From Callorhinchus milii (lineage: Eukaryota): a stretch of DNA of 64,000 nt. The notes beneath the pieces were generated by a model, which was not told the origin of the DNA, did not search any database, and worked only from the letters and a program-made list of their open reading frames with translations. The stretch covers positions 136,030,001-136,094,000 of the forward strand of contig NW_024704742.1 in assembly GCF_018977255.1 (NCBI RefSeq). Direction: 5' to 3'. Positions 1 to 12,810 of the stretch are shown piece by piece. Numbering within the stretch: the first letter of the stretch is position 1; every line of letters begins with the position of its first letter. Both the position numbers and the translations under genes were made by a program.

Positions 1-185
1 TTGAAAGGATTATTACCCCCAGAAAGTAATCCGACAATCAACTAACCACTGGGTTCCTACTTACTGCTAGATAAACAGAGGCGTGTGGAGAAAGGAAATT
101 TGCCTGAGGTTTCATCCTGCCCGGGAATCGAACCCGAGTCCTCTTGCTTGCAATAATACAATCAACCAATATGCTACAGGACTCC
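1..185 (-). mobile_element. SINE A, 5' half (tRNA-Ala-like head plus central domain)
   Basis: Minus strand starts GGAGTCCTGTAGC, has B-box GGTTCGATTCCC, then ggcaaatttcc...gcctctgtttatctagcagtaagtaggaaccc. Confidence 0.85.
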
Positions 186-345
186 TTACAAGACAACTTA
201 CACAGTGAGCTCAAAGTCCCCAACATGGGGCTTGAATCCACAACCAGTGGGTCCTTTGAGGGAGAGCAAACACACACGAAAGGTCTCAGAACATAACAGA
301 TTCAACATGTGATTCTTATATAATATATAAGTATAAGGGATTATT

Positions 346-727
346 ACTGTAGCTTAGCGGTTAGAGCATTCGCCTCGCAAGAGAGAGGACCTGGGTTCAA
401 TTCCCAGACAGGGCAAAACGTTGGTCAAGTTTCCTTCTTCCTCTATTTACTTAGCAGTAAGTAGGAATCCAGTTGTTAGTCAAATGGTGCATCACTTTTT
501 GGCGGCAATAATCCTTTCTTTAAAAATACAATAAAATTTAAAAAATCTTAATAACAACAATAATAATAATCTGATCACTGTTGGACGCTGCTGTGCGGAA
601 TTGGCTACCGCAAACTACCACAAAATATACAGTCAATTCACTTTAAAATATGTTTTGTGAAGCTCCTTGAGATGTCTCGGAGACGTGATAAGGCCCTTTG
701 TTAAATGAAAGGACTATTATATGATTA
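346..727 (+). mobile_element. SINE A, near full length, diverged
   Basis: A-box tagcttagcgg, B-box ggttcaattccc, central domain, tail gacgtgataaggccc...aaggactattat. Confidence 0.85.
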
Positions 728-1089
728 TAAAAATCCTGTGTAACTTTCACTTTCATTCACGTTTAAAAGAAAAAGCCTGGCGACTTGCAAAACGCTCTGT
801 CCATAATAAAGAGAAAATCTCTAAATTACATTACCGCCTGAAACACCTCAATTGATTTTCGGCTCCATTTTAAATCCCATTTTAAGATGAAAGCAGAGAA
901 CTGTGTAAGGAGCTGTCGTCCTCAGTACTTTGTCTGAGCCGTGTAATTACACAACCACTGCTCATCTTTGACTAAAAATGAATAGGCCACTCAAATCTTT
1001 CACAGCTAGTCTGGCTTCATCTATTAAGTGTAAGCAGTTCCATGTTCACCGCTCCTCTTAAGGCTATCCTTATTGGGAGGTCAAAAAAG

Positions 1090-1442
1090 GAGTAGCATAG
1101 TGGTTAGCACGCTCGCCTCGCAAGCGAGAGGACCCGGGATCGATTCCCGGGTGCGGCGAAACCTCAGGCAAGTTTCCTTACTCCACACGCCTCTGCGTAC
1201 CTAGCAGCAGGTCGGAACGAGGTTGTTAAGTCGATTGATAGGGGTTATAATACCTCCCAAAAAAATGTGGTCACTCAATGCACAACTGTTTGTGGGACAC
1301 TGCTGTCCGCAATTCGCTGCTGCGTTTGCCCCACAAAATAGTGAACCCACTTAACAGTACATTCTTGCAAAGTGCGATGAGAAGTCTCAACGACGTGTTA
1401 AGGTGCTATTTCAAACGCAAGGATTATTGTTATATTATTATA
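1090..1442 (+). mobile_element. SINE A, full length (long subfamily)
   Basis: Head tagcatagtggttagcacgctcgcctcgcaagcgagaggacccggg; tail caaacgcaaggattatt. Confidence 0.88.
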
Positions 1443-1586
1443 AGTGAGAGCCCCTTGGAACTGAACTGGATTCACAGTGACGTGCTTGGCAAGAGAATGT
1501 CGGATTCGAGTCAACCCTCTGCTGTAATCAGTAAATCTGGTTCCTGAGCAATTGTTAATCGACGGCACTGCAGGGAACTGCTGATG

Positions 1587-1846
1587 ACAACAACAAAATT
1601 ACACGTGTATAGCGCCTTTCACGTGGGGACAATATTCCAAGGCACTGGACAGTATTTCGGACCAGAGCCTGGAGGTTGGGATTGGGGAGGGTGAGGCAGG
1701 GGGGGAAGGAGGGTGAACGAAGCACGATCGAAAAGGAGGGTCTTGAGATGGGTCTTGAACGCAAGGTAGAGGACGATGTGTAGGGACTCTGGGATGGAAT
1801 TCCAAAGGGTGGGGGCAGAGTGGCTGAAGGCCCGCCCACTAATGGC
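1587..1846 (-). mobile_element. L2-clade LINE 3' fragment (tail type a)
   Basis: ORF2 C-terminal remnant GRAFSHSAPTLWNSIP...FKTHLKTLLF, terminal stem-loop and (GTT)n tail. Confidence 0.85.
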
Positions 1847-2852
1847 CAATGGCGAAATTGACTCATCCTACAGCAAAACATATAGCTTAACCTCCTTTAA
1901 AGTATTAAATACAACATTTCAGAGCAAATACAATAATAATGGCGATGTACGATTCCAATATCCTATGTAATATTAAATGTAAAATGTTTACAGTGATCAA
2001 CTAGTCTAGTTCTGCAAAGTCAACACGTTTTGTATTTTTGTACAGTCTCAAGTCACAAGATTACAGTCGAGGTTTGCAAGAAAGTGGTTCTGACCCATTT
2101 GACCTCCCCCTGACAGAATATACTTCATAGAATCCAATGAACACCATTCTAAATGATCGAACCTTACAGTTCAGTGTTGCCATTACGCACGCTTCCTACA
2201 TTTCTAGGTTTATAATTCATAAATAAACTGCCTCATCACCATTGTGTGAAGTATGAAAAGCAGGAGTCTGTATAATCCACGCATCTTTGTTGCCATAGGA
2301 GCTCGCCATCGATCAGTTCCTGATGCGATACATGCAAATTCAAGTCGCATTCTCTAAAACAGGGTCTTTACTGCAAGGATTCAGAGCAACGAATTAGAAC
2401 AAGAATGTATATCAAATAGAAGATTTATAATTGCCATAATTAAGAAGAAGACAAGGGGAAAAGTTCAGAAAATTGCTTTATTTCCTAGAAGCTTGTTATA
2501 TAACCTGGTACATTTAGCATCGGTGCATTGCAAAAGACCCATCTTTGAGGCCACTATTGATCCTGGATTTATTAACACTCCACATCAATGACATCATTCC
2601 CCACTCTCCAACCTCTCGGTGTCGTCCATCCTAATGCAGCTCAATTGCCATGCAACGCCAGGTCTCTGCTGCTAAAGATGGCTTAACATCAGCCGAGGGC
2701 GTTTACAGAGATTTATCACAGGCTTTAGCCAAAGCAGAATCAGTCAACGTGACTGTGCTTGTTTGTTAGGTGAGAGATGTATTATTAGGTCACCGGCTGG
2801 AACACATGAATACCTGGAAAAGGGTAGCGAGTATCTCCCACTCACGTGCCCA

Positions 2853-3353
2853 GATAATAATAACAATAATAACAAGAAAATGACATTTGTGAAGCGCCTT
2901 TCACGTCGGGAGGACGTTCCAAGGCGCTGGACAGACTGAGTTACGGACCCGAGCTGGGGCTCAGGGTGGGTGGAGGTCGGGGGGGAAGTAAGGAGATCGA
3001 AGGCCCGGTCGAAGAGGAGGGTCTTGAGGTGGGTCTTGAAGGTGGCGAGGGAGGGGGTGAGACGGAGAGACTGAGGGATGGAGTTCCAGAGGGTGGGGGC
3101 AGAGTGGCAGAAGGCACACCCACCTATAGTAGGACAAGTAAGGCGGAGGACGGAGCCCATGGGCGGAGGGAGAAAACAGGGTGGTAGGGAGTTAGGAGGT
3201 CGGATAGGTAGGGGGGAGCAAGGCTGTGGAGGGCTTTGAAGGTTAGGACCAGGATCTTGAACTGTATCCTCTATGAGATGGGAAGCCAGTGGAGTTGGGC
3301 AAGGATGGGGGTGATAGGTCACGGAGCCTAGAGCGGGAGAGGACACCGGCTGC
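2853..3353 (-). mobile_element. L2-clade LINE 3' fragment (type a)
   Basis: PTIGGCAFCHSAPTLWNSIPQSLR...FKTHLKTLLFDRAF; tail agcgccttggaacgtcctcccgacgtgaaaggcgct. Confidence 0.88.
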
Positions 3354-5306
3354 ATTCCCTGCCTATGATATCATGTTGTTGAGACGTCTCAAAGCGCTTC
3401 AAAGAATACACTGACTGTATATTTTGTGGGCGAAACGCAGCAGCCAATAGCGCACTGCAATGTCCCACAAACAGTCGTGGATTTATCTTAAGGGAGTATT
3501 ACCCCCTGAAAGCGATCCGCGAATCAACTAACAAAAGGGTAAACTTACCGCGAGGTAAACAGAGACCGTTCACGTCATGGCTGTTTCTGGGACAAGGCTG
3601 CGCGTAAATTGGCTGATACACAGTCACTACACTTTACAGTAAAATCCTGTGCTGTGCCTTGAGAAGTCTTGACATGATAAGGCGCGATAATAAATGCAAC
3701 TATTATTGCTGTGTGTGTCTCTCTCTCTCTACCTCCTTACAAAGCACCAGCTCTAGGCCTTTTGTGTGGACTCTTCTCATGAGTGCTCCACATCCTCACA
3801 GCCCTGGTGCCTGATCCAGAACTTCCCCTAATTTAGATCATGACTGAAGATCTCATTACACTTCGGCCGAACTTACAATCATTTCCTCCGTCCCTGTTGC
3901 TCGACGTCAAGCTCCACCACCGTTAAACGCTCTGAGACGCTGCCTCGCGTGAAGGGCGCTATACAAATCCAAGTTGTTGTTGTTGTTGTTGCCTCCACGG
4001 CAGGGACTTTGAGCTCAATTACGGAGCTCTGGAGTGTGGTCTTTCAGGTGACACGTTAAACCCAGGTTGTCTCTCTTTTCAGGCGGTGGTTGAAGATATC
4101 CACAGCGTAATCAGAAAGGAGAGGGTGATTTCTCTCTCCCATTATCTTGGCCAACAGATAAAATTGGAGGATTTTGTCCCTACGAAACACATAGTCAAAG
4201 CGCTTTGAGATATTTCTCAGCGCTGTTTCAAATGCAGAGATGATGATTGGTATTATTATTAATAACATCTGTCGTGCATCTGTCCAGCTGGTTTACAGCA
4301 CAGAAAGCACAGCAAAGGATTATGAAGTAACATGTTTAGAGCCACATTATCCTAGTATTTAGATTAGGCGATAATTAACTCAGCTAATGTAACAATATTC
4401 CTTGCATTTGATACAGCGCTTCATCGCATCCTCAAAAATGTCTCAAAGCGCTTCACACCCGTCTACTGTAAAGAGTAGTGACTGTACCGTGTAAATAAAT
4501 GTAGCAGACAATTTGTGCACAACATTACACCACAAACAGGCGTCAAGTGAAGAGAAATTCCCTTCGCTTTTGCCAATAGCCTCACAGGATCCTTAACATT
4601 GGCACACAACACAATACAAAATTATATTTGGATCGTGCTTTTCACGTTGGGAGGACTTCCCAAGGTGCAGCTGTTGTGGATGTGAGGCAAAGCAACAACG
4701 ACAACAACAACAACAACAACAAGATTTCATTTACAGAGCGCCTTTCACATCGGGAGGACGTCCCAAGGCGCTGGACAGTTGGGTCAGGACCCGAAGGCAG
4801 AGTCTTGGGTCAGGCAGAGCAGGTCATGACAAGGATGTGGGGTGGAAAGGACAGTTGAGGGTCAAACAAGACGCCAAGGTTCAGACTGGCTTAGTGAGGT
4901 CTGACAGTCATCTGAACAGTCACAGCCAGGATTTGGGTTTAACGTCTCAGCGTCGCTGACAATCAAGCATTCCCCAGTACTGCACCGGAACATCAGCCGA
5001 GACTGTGAGCTCAGAGAAGTTATTTGAAGATAGCAATACTCTAGGGTTTCTCTCTTCATCAAGTTTCCCCTCAAACCGTTAAGAGAATGCAAAGTGGTTC
5101 AGTGACGTAAGTAAAACTCTCATCATGACCCAGATCCACTAAAAGGGCTGGTGGCATGTGGTCGCTCATCCCAGGGTGCTCATGGGACCTTCATAGGCAC
5201 AGCGATGCTTACCTACAAAAACAGTCATTACACTTGGTATAACTACTGCAAAGTGTTTCAGAGCATTAGGGTGCTACAGAATGCATGTTCCTTCCATTCT
5301 AGACTG

Positions 5307-5650
5307 CAAGGATTCTTCCCACTCAGCTCCCGTTGACCCTGCAAGCCAAAGCCCTCATGGGTAGGATGGTCCCAGCTGGACAAGCAGCGGGAAGCTTGCC
5401 AGGCAGTGCTTTCAATGGCCAGCCATACAGGTTAGGTAGTTGAACTCCAGCAATACCCCAATACATACACTTAATACCAACCTGCACTTAATACCCTCTG
5501 TAATTAGGTAATCAAGATACATCCCTCTTGGGGGACAGTCCGTATTCCATACCAGACACAGGACTTCCCATATGTAGGTGGGAAGTATGGAATTCTTAGT
5601 CTGGTTTGGAGACTCTTAAGTATCCCAGACACCTGCCTGACCAAAAATAT
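5307..5650 (+). repeat. Unidentified interspersed repeat, family C (strand arbitrary)
   Basis: Begins CAAGGATTCTTCCCACTCAGCTC, as do the copies at 50504 and 30389(-); aligns by eye with 7 other loci. Confidence 0.8.
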
Positions 5651-6179
5651 TCAAACTAAAAAAAATACTCAATCATACCAACCCCTCAACCTTCTCAGAA
5701 CAGGGAATCACAATAACATTTGCATTTGATATAGCAGTTCAACACATCAATAGGTTGCCTCAAAGCGCTTCACAGGAGGTAAAATGACTGTGTATTTGTT
5801 TGACCCAACTTTGCGTAAAAAAGCCCTTCAGCTCAGAGAACATTCAGCTGAGCACCTGAACTCCCAAATAATGGAGAAGTTTCCAACGTATGATTCTGTC
5901 ATATTCCCTAAATCTTCCCTTTTCTCTCTCTCTATTTCTTACTGTCTCCCTCTCTCCCTCTCTTGCAGAACCCTAGAGTTTTACAGCACAGAAGATGATT
6001 TGGCCCATTGTATCTTTATTGTCCCTTTACATACAGAACAACCACACCAACAACAAGAAAATTTAATTTATAGAGCGTCTTTCACATCTGGAGGACATCC
6101 CAAGGTGCTGGACAGTCAGGGGTCAGGACGCGAGCATGGGGGAGGGGTGGGGAGGGGTAAGGGAAGGCAGAGAGGTGGG

Positions 6180-6740
6180 AGGGCGACTAAAGGCACGATC
6201 AAAGAACATCAAGGCACATAAATAGTCCATTCCACACAAGTAGTCTGTGATTATTCTGCACATGAGCTACCACTCCTCCTAATCCCCTCTCTTATCTTCT
6301 ATTCCCTTCTCCCTCATTAAGGCATTGTATCCTCTTAAATAGATTGACGCGTTGTACTTAAACCACAGCTTCCGACAGTGAGTTCCACATTCTCACCTCC
6401 CTCTGCATGAACAAGTTCCTCCTAAATTCCCTATTAGATCTGCTACTTGGCTAGCTTTATATTTATGCCCTCTCGTTTTGGACTCACTAACAGCCCATCA
6501 CCATCCACCTCACTGAACCTTATCATAATCTTAAACCCTCTATCAGGTCCCTCTCAATCATTTTATCACCAGAGAAAGAAAAGCTCCAACCCATCCAATC
6601 TTTCTTGATAGCTGTATGCACTCATCCCTGGTAACACTCTTGTAAATCTATACAAAACTCTCTCCAATGATCCAATATCCTTCCTGTAGGATACCATCCA
6701 GAACTACACAGGACTCCAAGTGTCTATCCAAGGTACTCTG
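6180..6740 (-). mobile_element. Old CR1-clade LINE 3' fragment
   Basis: Antisense CR1-type motifs (ttccacattctcacctccctctg, ataatcttaaaccctctatcaggtc, ccagaactacacaggactccaagtg). Confidence 0.7.
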
Positions 6741-6835
6741 TACTGGCTCTCATTCAGAGCTGTGGTAAATTTTTCTCTCCCTTTTTTCTCCTTATCGTTC
6801 TCTTTCTTTCTCTCGTTTTTCTTTTTCTCTTACAG

Positions 6836-7646
6836 TCATAGAATCACAGAGTATTACAGCACAGAATGAGGCCATTTGGCTCATCGTGCCTGTGCCAGCT
6901 CTTTGAGAAGAGCTAACCAATCAGTCCCACTCCCCCCCACCTCTTTCCCCATATCCCTGCAAATTTTTCCTTTTCAAGTGCCTATTCAATTCCCTTTTGA
7001 AAGTTGTTCATCCTCACCCAGGCATTCGTCACCCCAAGGCTCGATTATAAAAACTCCCTCCTCATCGGCCTTCCCAACTCTTCCTTTCACAAGCTGCAGA
7101 TCATCCAAAACTCTGCAGCTCGTGTATTCTCGCGCCCCAGGCTCCGTGACCCCATCACTCCCACCCTCGCCCGACTCCACTGGGCCCCATCCCCCAGAGG
7201 ATCGAATTCAAGATCCTCATCCTCACTTTCAAGGCCATCCATGGCCTTGCCCCCTCCTACCGCTCTGACCTACTGACGCTCCAGCTTGCTCCATGTCTCC
7301 CACCCCACCGCCCACCATCGGTGGCCGGGCTTTCAGTCTCTCTGCCCCCACAGTCTGGAACTCCATCCCACGGTCCCTTCGCCTCGCTTCCTCCCTTGCT
7401 TCCTTCAAGGCCGGTCACAAGACCCTCCTCTTCGATCGTGCCTTCGGTCTCCCTCCCACCTCTCTGACTTCCCTCACCCCTACCCCACCCCTTCCCCATG
7501 CTCAGGTCCTGACCCCTGACTGTCCAGCACTGGACATCCTCCCGACATGAAAGGCGCTCTATAAATGTAATTTTGTTGTTGTTGTTGTTAATGAATCTGT
7601 TTCCACCAGACTTTCAGGCAGTGCATTCCAGACCGTAACAACTCCC
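6836..7646 (-). mobile_element. CR1 3' end (6836-7008 and 7590-7646) split by an L2 insertion
   Basis: Shark-type CR1 tail in antisense (acagcacagaatgaggccatttggctcatcgtgcc); the sequence resumes at aatgaatctgtttccacc after the L2. Confidence 0.85.
7009..7589 (+). mobile_element. L2-clade LINE 3' fragment (type a) nested in CR1
   Basis: ILTQAFVTPRLDYKNSLLIGLP...LQIIQNSAARV...TLARLHW; PTIGGRAFSLSAPTVWNSIP; (GTT)n tail. Confidence 0.9.
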
Positions 7647-8449
7647 TTGTTTTTTTCTCACTCTCTTTCCCGCTCTTTCACTCTCTCTCCTTTCTTCTTT
7701 GCAGATGCTCGACCCCCCACATCCCCCAATGCTTTTGGTTTCCAGATGCCCCAAATCCCACCTAATCTTCGTCCATGAGATTACATTGTATTAGAAACCA
7801 GGCAGGAGAGGAAATCAGAGTTTCCCAGATCAGCCTCGGGCATCTCAGCCATCGGATGGAATTAACAGTTCAACAAAAAGGTGGTCCTGCACCCTGAATG
7901 TACATAAAAACCCTGAGTATAATCCAGCCGCCAGCCTCCATCACTGGCAGAATGCCAGGCGCACCATCTAGGACATTTTTGCATTCTATTAATCCCCAAG
8001 TTTCACCAAATTTTGAATCTCCTTTATTATAATAATCCTTGCCTTTGGAACTCTATCCTACAGTCCCTTCACCTCGTACCCTCCCTTGCCTCCTTCAAGG
8101 CCCGACTCAAGACCCTCCTCTTTCACTGCGTTTTGGGTCACACTCCTTCCCGCCCTCCACCCTGATCCCAACTACCAGTTTGGGTCCAAATCCCTGACTG
8201 TCCACTACCTTGCAACGTCCTCTGGACGTGAAAGACGCTATACACATGTATTATTATTATTATAGTTTGCTGTTATTTACGCCTTATCACATCGACATGA
8301 CATTTCAAAGCGCTTCACAAGATTTTACTATAGGGTGTAGTGACTGGATGTTTTGTAGGCGAACATGGGAACCAATTTGCGCACAGATGCCAACATAGAA
8401 ATCCAGCGATGTGAAATATAAACAGATCTCCTGGTCCAACCAGTCTATG

Positions 8450-8797
8450 CCCTGTAGAGTAGTGCTTAGAGTGCTCGCTTCGCAAACGAGAGCTCTTGGG
8501 TTCGATTCCCGGGCAGGGCAAAATCTTAGGCAAGTTTCCTTACTACATTCTCCTCTGTTTACCCAGCAATACGGAGGAACCCAGTTTTTAGTCGATTGGC
8601 GAATCGCTTTCTGGAGGCAACGAATCCCAATCACAAAAACGTGGTCACTCAACCCACGACTGTTGTGTACGATTAGCTGCCGCATTCGCCCACACCACAC
8701 ACCGTCAAGCCACTTTGCAATATATCCTGTGAAGCGCTTTGAGACGTCTCAATGACATGATAAGGCGCTGCATCAAATGCAAGGATTATTATTATAT
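8450..8797 (+). mobile_element. SINE A, full length (long subfamily)
   Basis: tRNA-like head, central domain, tail gaagcgctttgagacgtctcaatgacatgataaggcgct...attattatt. Confidence 0.88.
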
Positions 8798-10699
8798 ATA
8801 TTATTTGCCAATGCTTAAGACTCCAAACGAGCCACCATCCCTCCCCTCTCCTCTACCCTCTATTCCCTATTCCCTCGTGTATGCGCTAAGTTTCCTCTTA
8901 AATACATTGAAGCTTTCAACTTCAACCACAGTTCCACATTCTCAATGCTCAGTGACAGGCCAATATTGTGTGATGCCTGGTGTCTGACTCAATATCAAGT
9001 CTGTCTGAACTTCAAAGACTCCTTTCTACCAATCTCTGTTTCAAATATACTTTTTATTAACTTCCACACACATCCTCTGCGTCTATTTCAACTCTGAAGC
9101 AAAGGCCTGGGTTTACATTACCTGAAGCCTTAAATATTAATTTAACACTGCAGTTCTCTGCTTAACTCTCTCCTCACCAGATGCTAATGGTCAGGTCTCT
9201 CCAATCTAGCTCGCCTCTAGCCAAGCAGGGCTTTGAGCGGCAAATCAGTCATTGGAGGCTGGCGTTCTTCCCACTTGGCTCATGTTAACCCCCAAAGCCC
9301 TTAGGGAGAGGGAGCTGGACAAGCAGTGCCAGTTGGGCTCTGAGAGCCAAATTGTGCAGTTTTAGTTAGTTAAACTGCACCAACACTCAATTTAGGTTCC
9401 ACGAGTCTTTGTTGTGGTCAACCTATGCCTAATAATAGCTTAATAATAATAATGCTTGCGCTTGATATAGCGCCTTATCACATCATTGAGACGTCTCAAA
9501 GCGCTTCACATAATATCGCAAAATGGATTGACTGTATATTTTGTGGGAGAAACTCGGCAGCCAATTGCATACAGCTATGCAACTAGACAAGTAGGGTGGA
9601 TCCCTCAAGGGAGAGAGTGCGGAAGGTAAACAAGAAGTAGAGATCTGTGAGGGAGGTTAGAGTGGAGAAAAGGAAGAGTAAGGGAGGTGAGAGAGGCGGG
9701 ACAAGTGAGGGAGGTGAAAATTGTAGGAAGCACTGAGGACGGTAGCTATGGCCATGGTTGGCAAAAAGGCACAGAAGAGAACTGAGACTGAGTGAGAGAG
9801 GGATGAGTAAGAATATTTTGTCTCTATTAGTCTCTATGGTTAGGTGTCTATTATTAAGCGGACAATGTAATGAGTCTAATGAGCACACTGGCTTTGTTAG
9901 GAGTTCCTAAGCCTCTATCCACCAGCTTATAAATTAATAGGACCCAGTATTTTTAAGAAGGATTGATTTCCGTCTCCACGAAGCTTATTCTCCATGAAAC
10001 ATTTCCTATTCGTGGACATCGATCCCGCTCCTAATTCACCACAAATAATTAACTTATAAAGGAGCGTAACCTCGTTCTGGGAAATTCGATCGGAGTAATT
10101 TAAAAAGAATTAGAGTCAGGACGGGAGAAGGGATGAGCGTGTACAGGAATCTCTCATTGATGATCTGTCAGAAAGTACCGTCAACCTCTTATTTTCAGAA
10201 CTAAGACATCAGTAGGAGCTGAAACCAGGAAGCATATCTTCATAAGAAGACTGGAACAGGAGTAGACTATTCACCTTACTAAGCCTCGTCCACCATTTCA
10301 TTATATTGTGACTGATCTGCAACTTAATCCCATTTCCTGCTCCTTTACCATAGCGGAGGCTAGTTAAGATGATGAAACTCCTTTCTCTGAGTCAGAAGAT
10401 TAGGTTCAAACCCCACGTGAGGAATTTGACTGCCCAAGACTCTCCTCTTCGATCATGCTCTCGGTCACCCTCCTATCCCCACCATCCCTGCCCTCCACCC
10501 CTCCTGATCTTAATTCCCAGATTGGCTGCAAATCCTTGACTGTCCAGCACTTTGGGACGTCCTCCTGACGTGAAAAGCGCTAAACAAAATTAATTATTGT
10601 TGTAGTTGATATAGTGCCTTAATGCATCGTCACGGTATCTCAAAGCTCTTCACAGGATCTGTTGTGAAGCGACTGTGTATTTGTTTAACCCAATTTTGT

Positions 10700-11235
10700 G
10701 CAAAAAGTCTCGTAATTCAGCCTCTTCAGACCAGGGGACATTCTGGTGAATCTGCGCTGCACACCCTCTGAGGTCAGGACATATTTTACTGAATTGCAGT
10801 GCCAGAAACTGAACACAATCCTCCAGCATCTGCAGTGTTTTGTGTTTTGTTTTCCTCCAGAGAGGTTGGCCTGGGCCCAGTACAATGGAAATACCACTTT
10901 TTCATTGTAGTAGAGTATTCTCTCCCTCTCGAGATAAAGGCCAACATCCCATTAACCTTCTTGATTGCTTTTCATACCCGTGAACCAGCTTTTAGTGACC
11001 TCTCAACCTGGATGCTTCAATCCCTTTGCTCATCCGCCAGTTCTAGTCTCTTCCCGTTTAGAATGTGTTTGATTTGTCATCTGAAGTGAGCCACCTCACC
11101 TTTTGCCTTGTTAAACTGCATCTGCCATAGTTCTGCCCACTCGTCTAATCTGTCTATATCGCTTTGCAATTTACCGCTCCCATCTTTACAATTTAGTATA
11201 TCTCTCAGTTTAGCATCATCCGTAAATTTAGATCT
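10700..11235 (-). mobile_element. Old CR1 RT-region fragment
   Basis: Remnant EGVQRRFTRMSPGLKRLNY; antisense ggccaacatcccattaaccttcttgat and tttagcatcatccgtaaattt (FADD-type region). Confidence 0.75.
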
Positions 11236-12169
11236 GTAATCTTGTCTAGATCTGTAATGAGACTTGCATACGGTTTCAAACCCGGATCCTCTCGTTTGCT
11301 AACCATTAATCTATGGGACTCCACAGTGATAACACTTGACAATGTTGATAATGATAACATATCTATATAATGGGAATTCTTAAAATACACATTTAGCGGG
11401 AAACTACAGTGATATTTTTAGCTCTCTATGTACGTTAGGCTTCCCATCATGAACTCTGATGTAGAGTAATAATAATCCTGATATTTAGTGTTGCCTTTCA
11501 TGTTGAATCTTTGTGGGGTAATGAACACTTGGAGGAGGGTTAACAGATACTTCCTGGTGTCGGTCGTGAAATTGCCTTTTGCAACTCTAAACCTTTGCTT
11601 GTTCTCCTGTCTTAGTGCAGCAGCAACAACAACAACAACAAATGACATTTCTATATCGCTTTTCACATCGAGAGGACATCCCAAGGTGCTGGATAGTCAG
11701 GGATTTGCACCCGACCTGGAGGTTGGGATCAGTAGGGGTGGAGGGCTGGGAGGAAGACTGAAGGCGAGGTCGAAGGGTTAGCAGGTCACAGAGGGAGGGA
11801 GGGAGGAACAAGGGAGGGCTTCAAAAGTGAGGATGAGTAATATTGTTCTGGGTCTACTTTATCCCTTTTAAAATTCCAAACACCTCTCTCTATAAGGTAT
11901 ACTCTGAGTCACTTTCCCTCTAGTCTCAAGAGCCCTGGCTTGTCCAGTCGTTGCTCATATCTCATTCCTCAAACACTGGGAATCATCCTTGTTGCTCTCC
12001 TCTGCACTGCTCTAAGGCGTGGACAGCCCCCTTATATGACAGTGACCATAACTGTATGCAGTACTATAGGTGCGGACTGACCAGAGAGCTATGTAGCTTG
12101 AGTAAAACGTCTGGGGATCTGAACTCAACTGATTTGGCAATCATTATTATCAACTGTTTTAAGTTGACG

Positions 12170-12528
12170 TACTGTAGACTTCTGCAGCATATTGGTTAGA
12201 GCGTTCGCCTCACAATCGAGAGGGCATAGGTTCAATTCCCGAGCAGGGACAAGTTTCCTTTCTCCTCACGCCTCTGTTTACCTAGCAGTAAGTAGGAACC
12301 CGGTTGTTAGTCGACTGGTGGAGTGCTTTCTGGGGGTAATAATCCCTTAAAAAAAAATATGATAATTTGGTTACTCAGTGCATGAGTGTTATAGGATTTT
12401 GCCGTGCGCAATTGACTGCTGCGTTTCACCCACAAAAGATACAGACAATTTAATTTACAGTATATTCCGTGAAGCGCTTTGAGACGACGTGAAAAGCGCT
12501 TTATCGAATGCAAAAATGATTATTATTA
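12170..12528 (+). mobile_element. SINE A (long subfamily)
   Basis: Head, gcctctgtttacctagcagtaagtaggaacccggttgttagtcgactgg, and tail. Confidence 0.88.
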
Positions 12529-12714
12529 AGGACTGAACACAATCCTCATCCATGCCTGATGGATTCAAAGGGTTAAATACCTGTCAAATCTGCTTTAAGA
12601 AAAACGCTGCATTCAATTTTCATCCCGAAACTCCTGCAAACCTAAAGCTTTCTTCTTGCCTTGGTATTGAGATACCTTCAATAACAAAGCAAAAGCTGTT
12701 TTCATTATGTGGAA

Positions 12715-12810
12715 ACGTATTGGGTCTGAATGTATTGTGTATGGATGTATTGTGTTTAAAATGTATTGTGTGTAAATGTATTGCATGTAAATTCACGGCA
12801 TGTAATTCAC
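12715..12810. repeat. Degenerate ~15-bp tandem repeat (ATGTATTGTGTGTAA-like)
   Basis: GTATTG recurs about five times at 15-16 bp spacing. Confidence 0.7.

Noticed and set aside
5318..5400. Twister-ribozyme-like motifs in the family C 5' part (TAACCCTGC...AAGCCC...GGTCCCA)
   Set aside because: P1, P4 and the pseudoknot pairings cannot be built consistently across the four copies. An Infernal search of a proper consensus would be needed to revive the idea.
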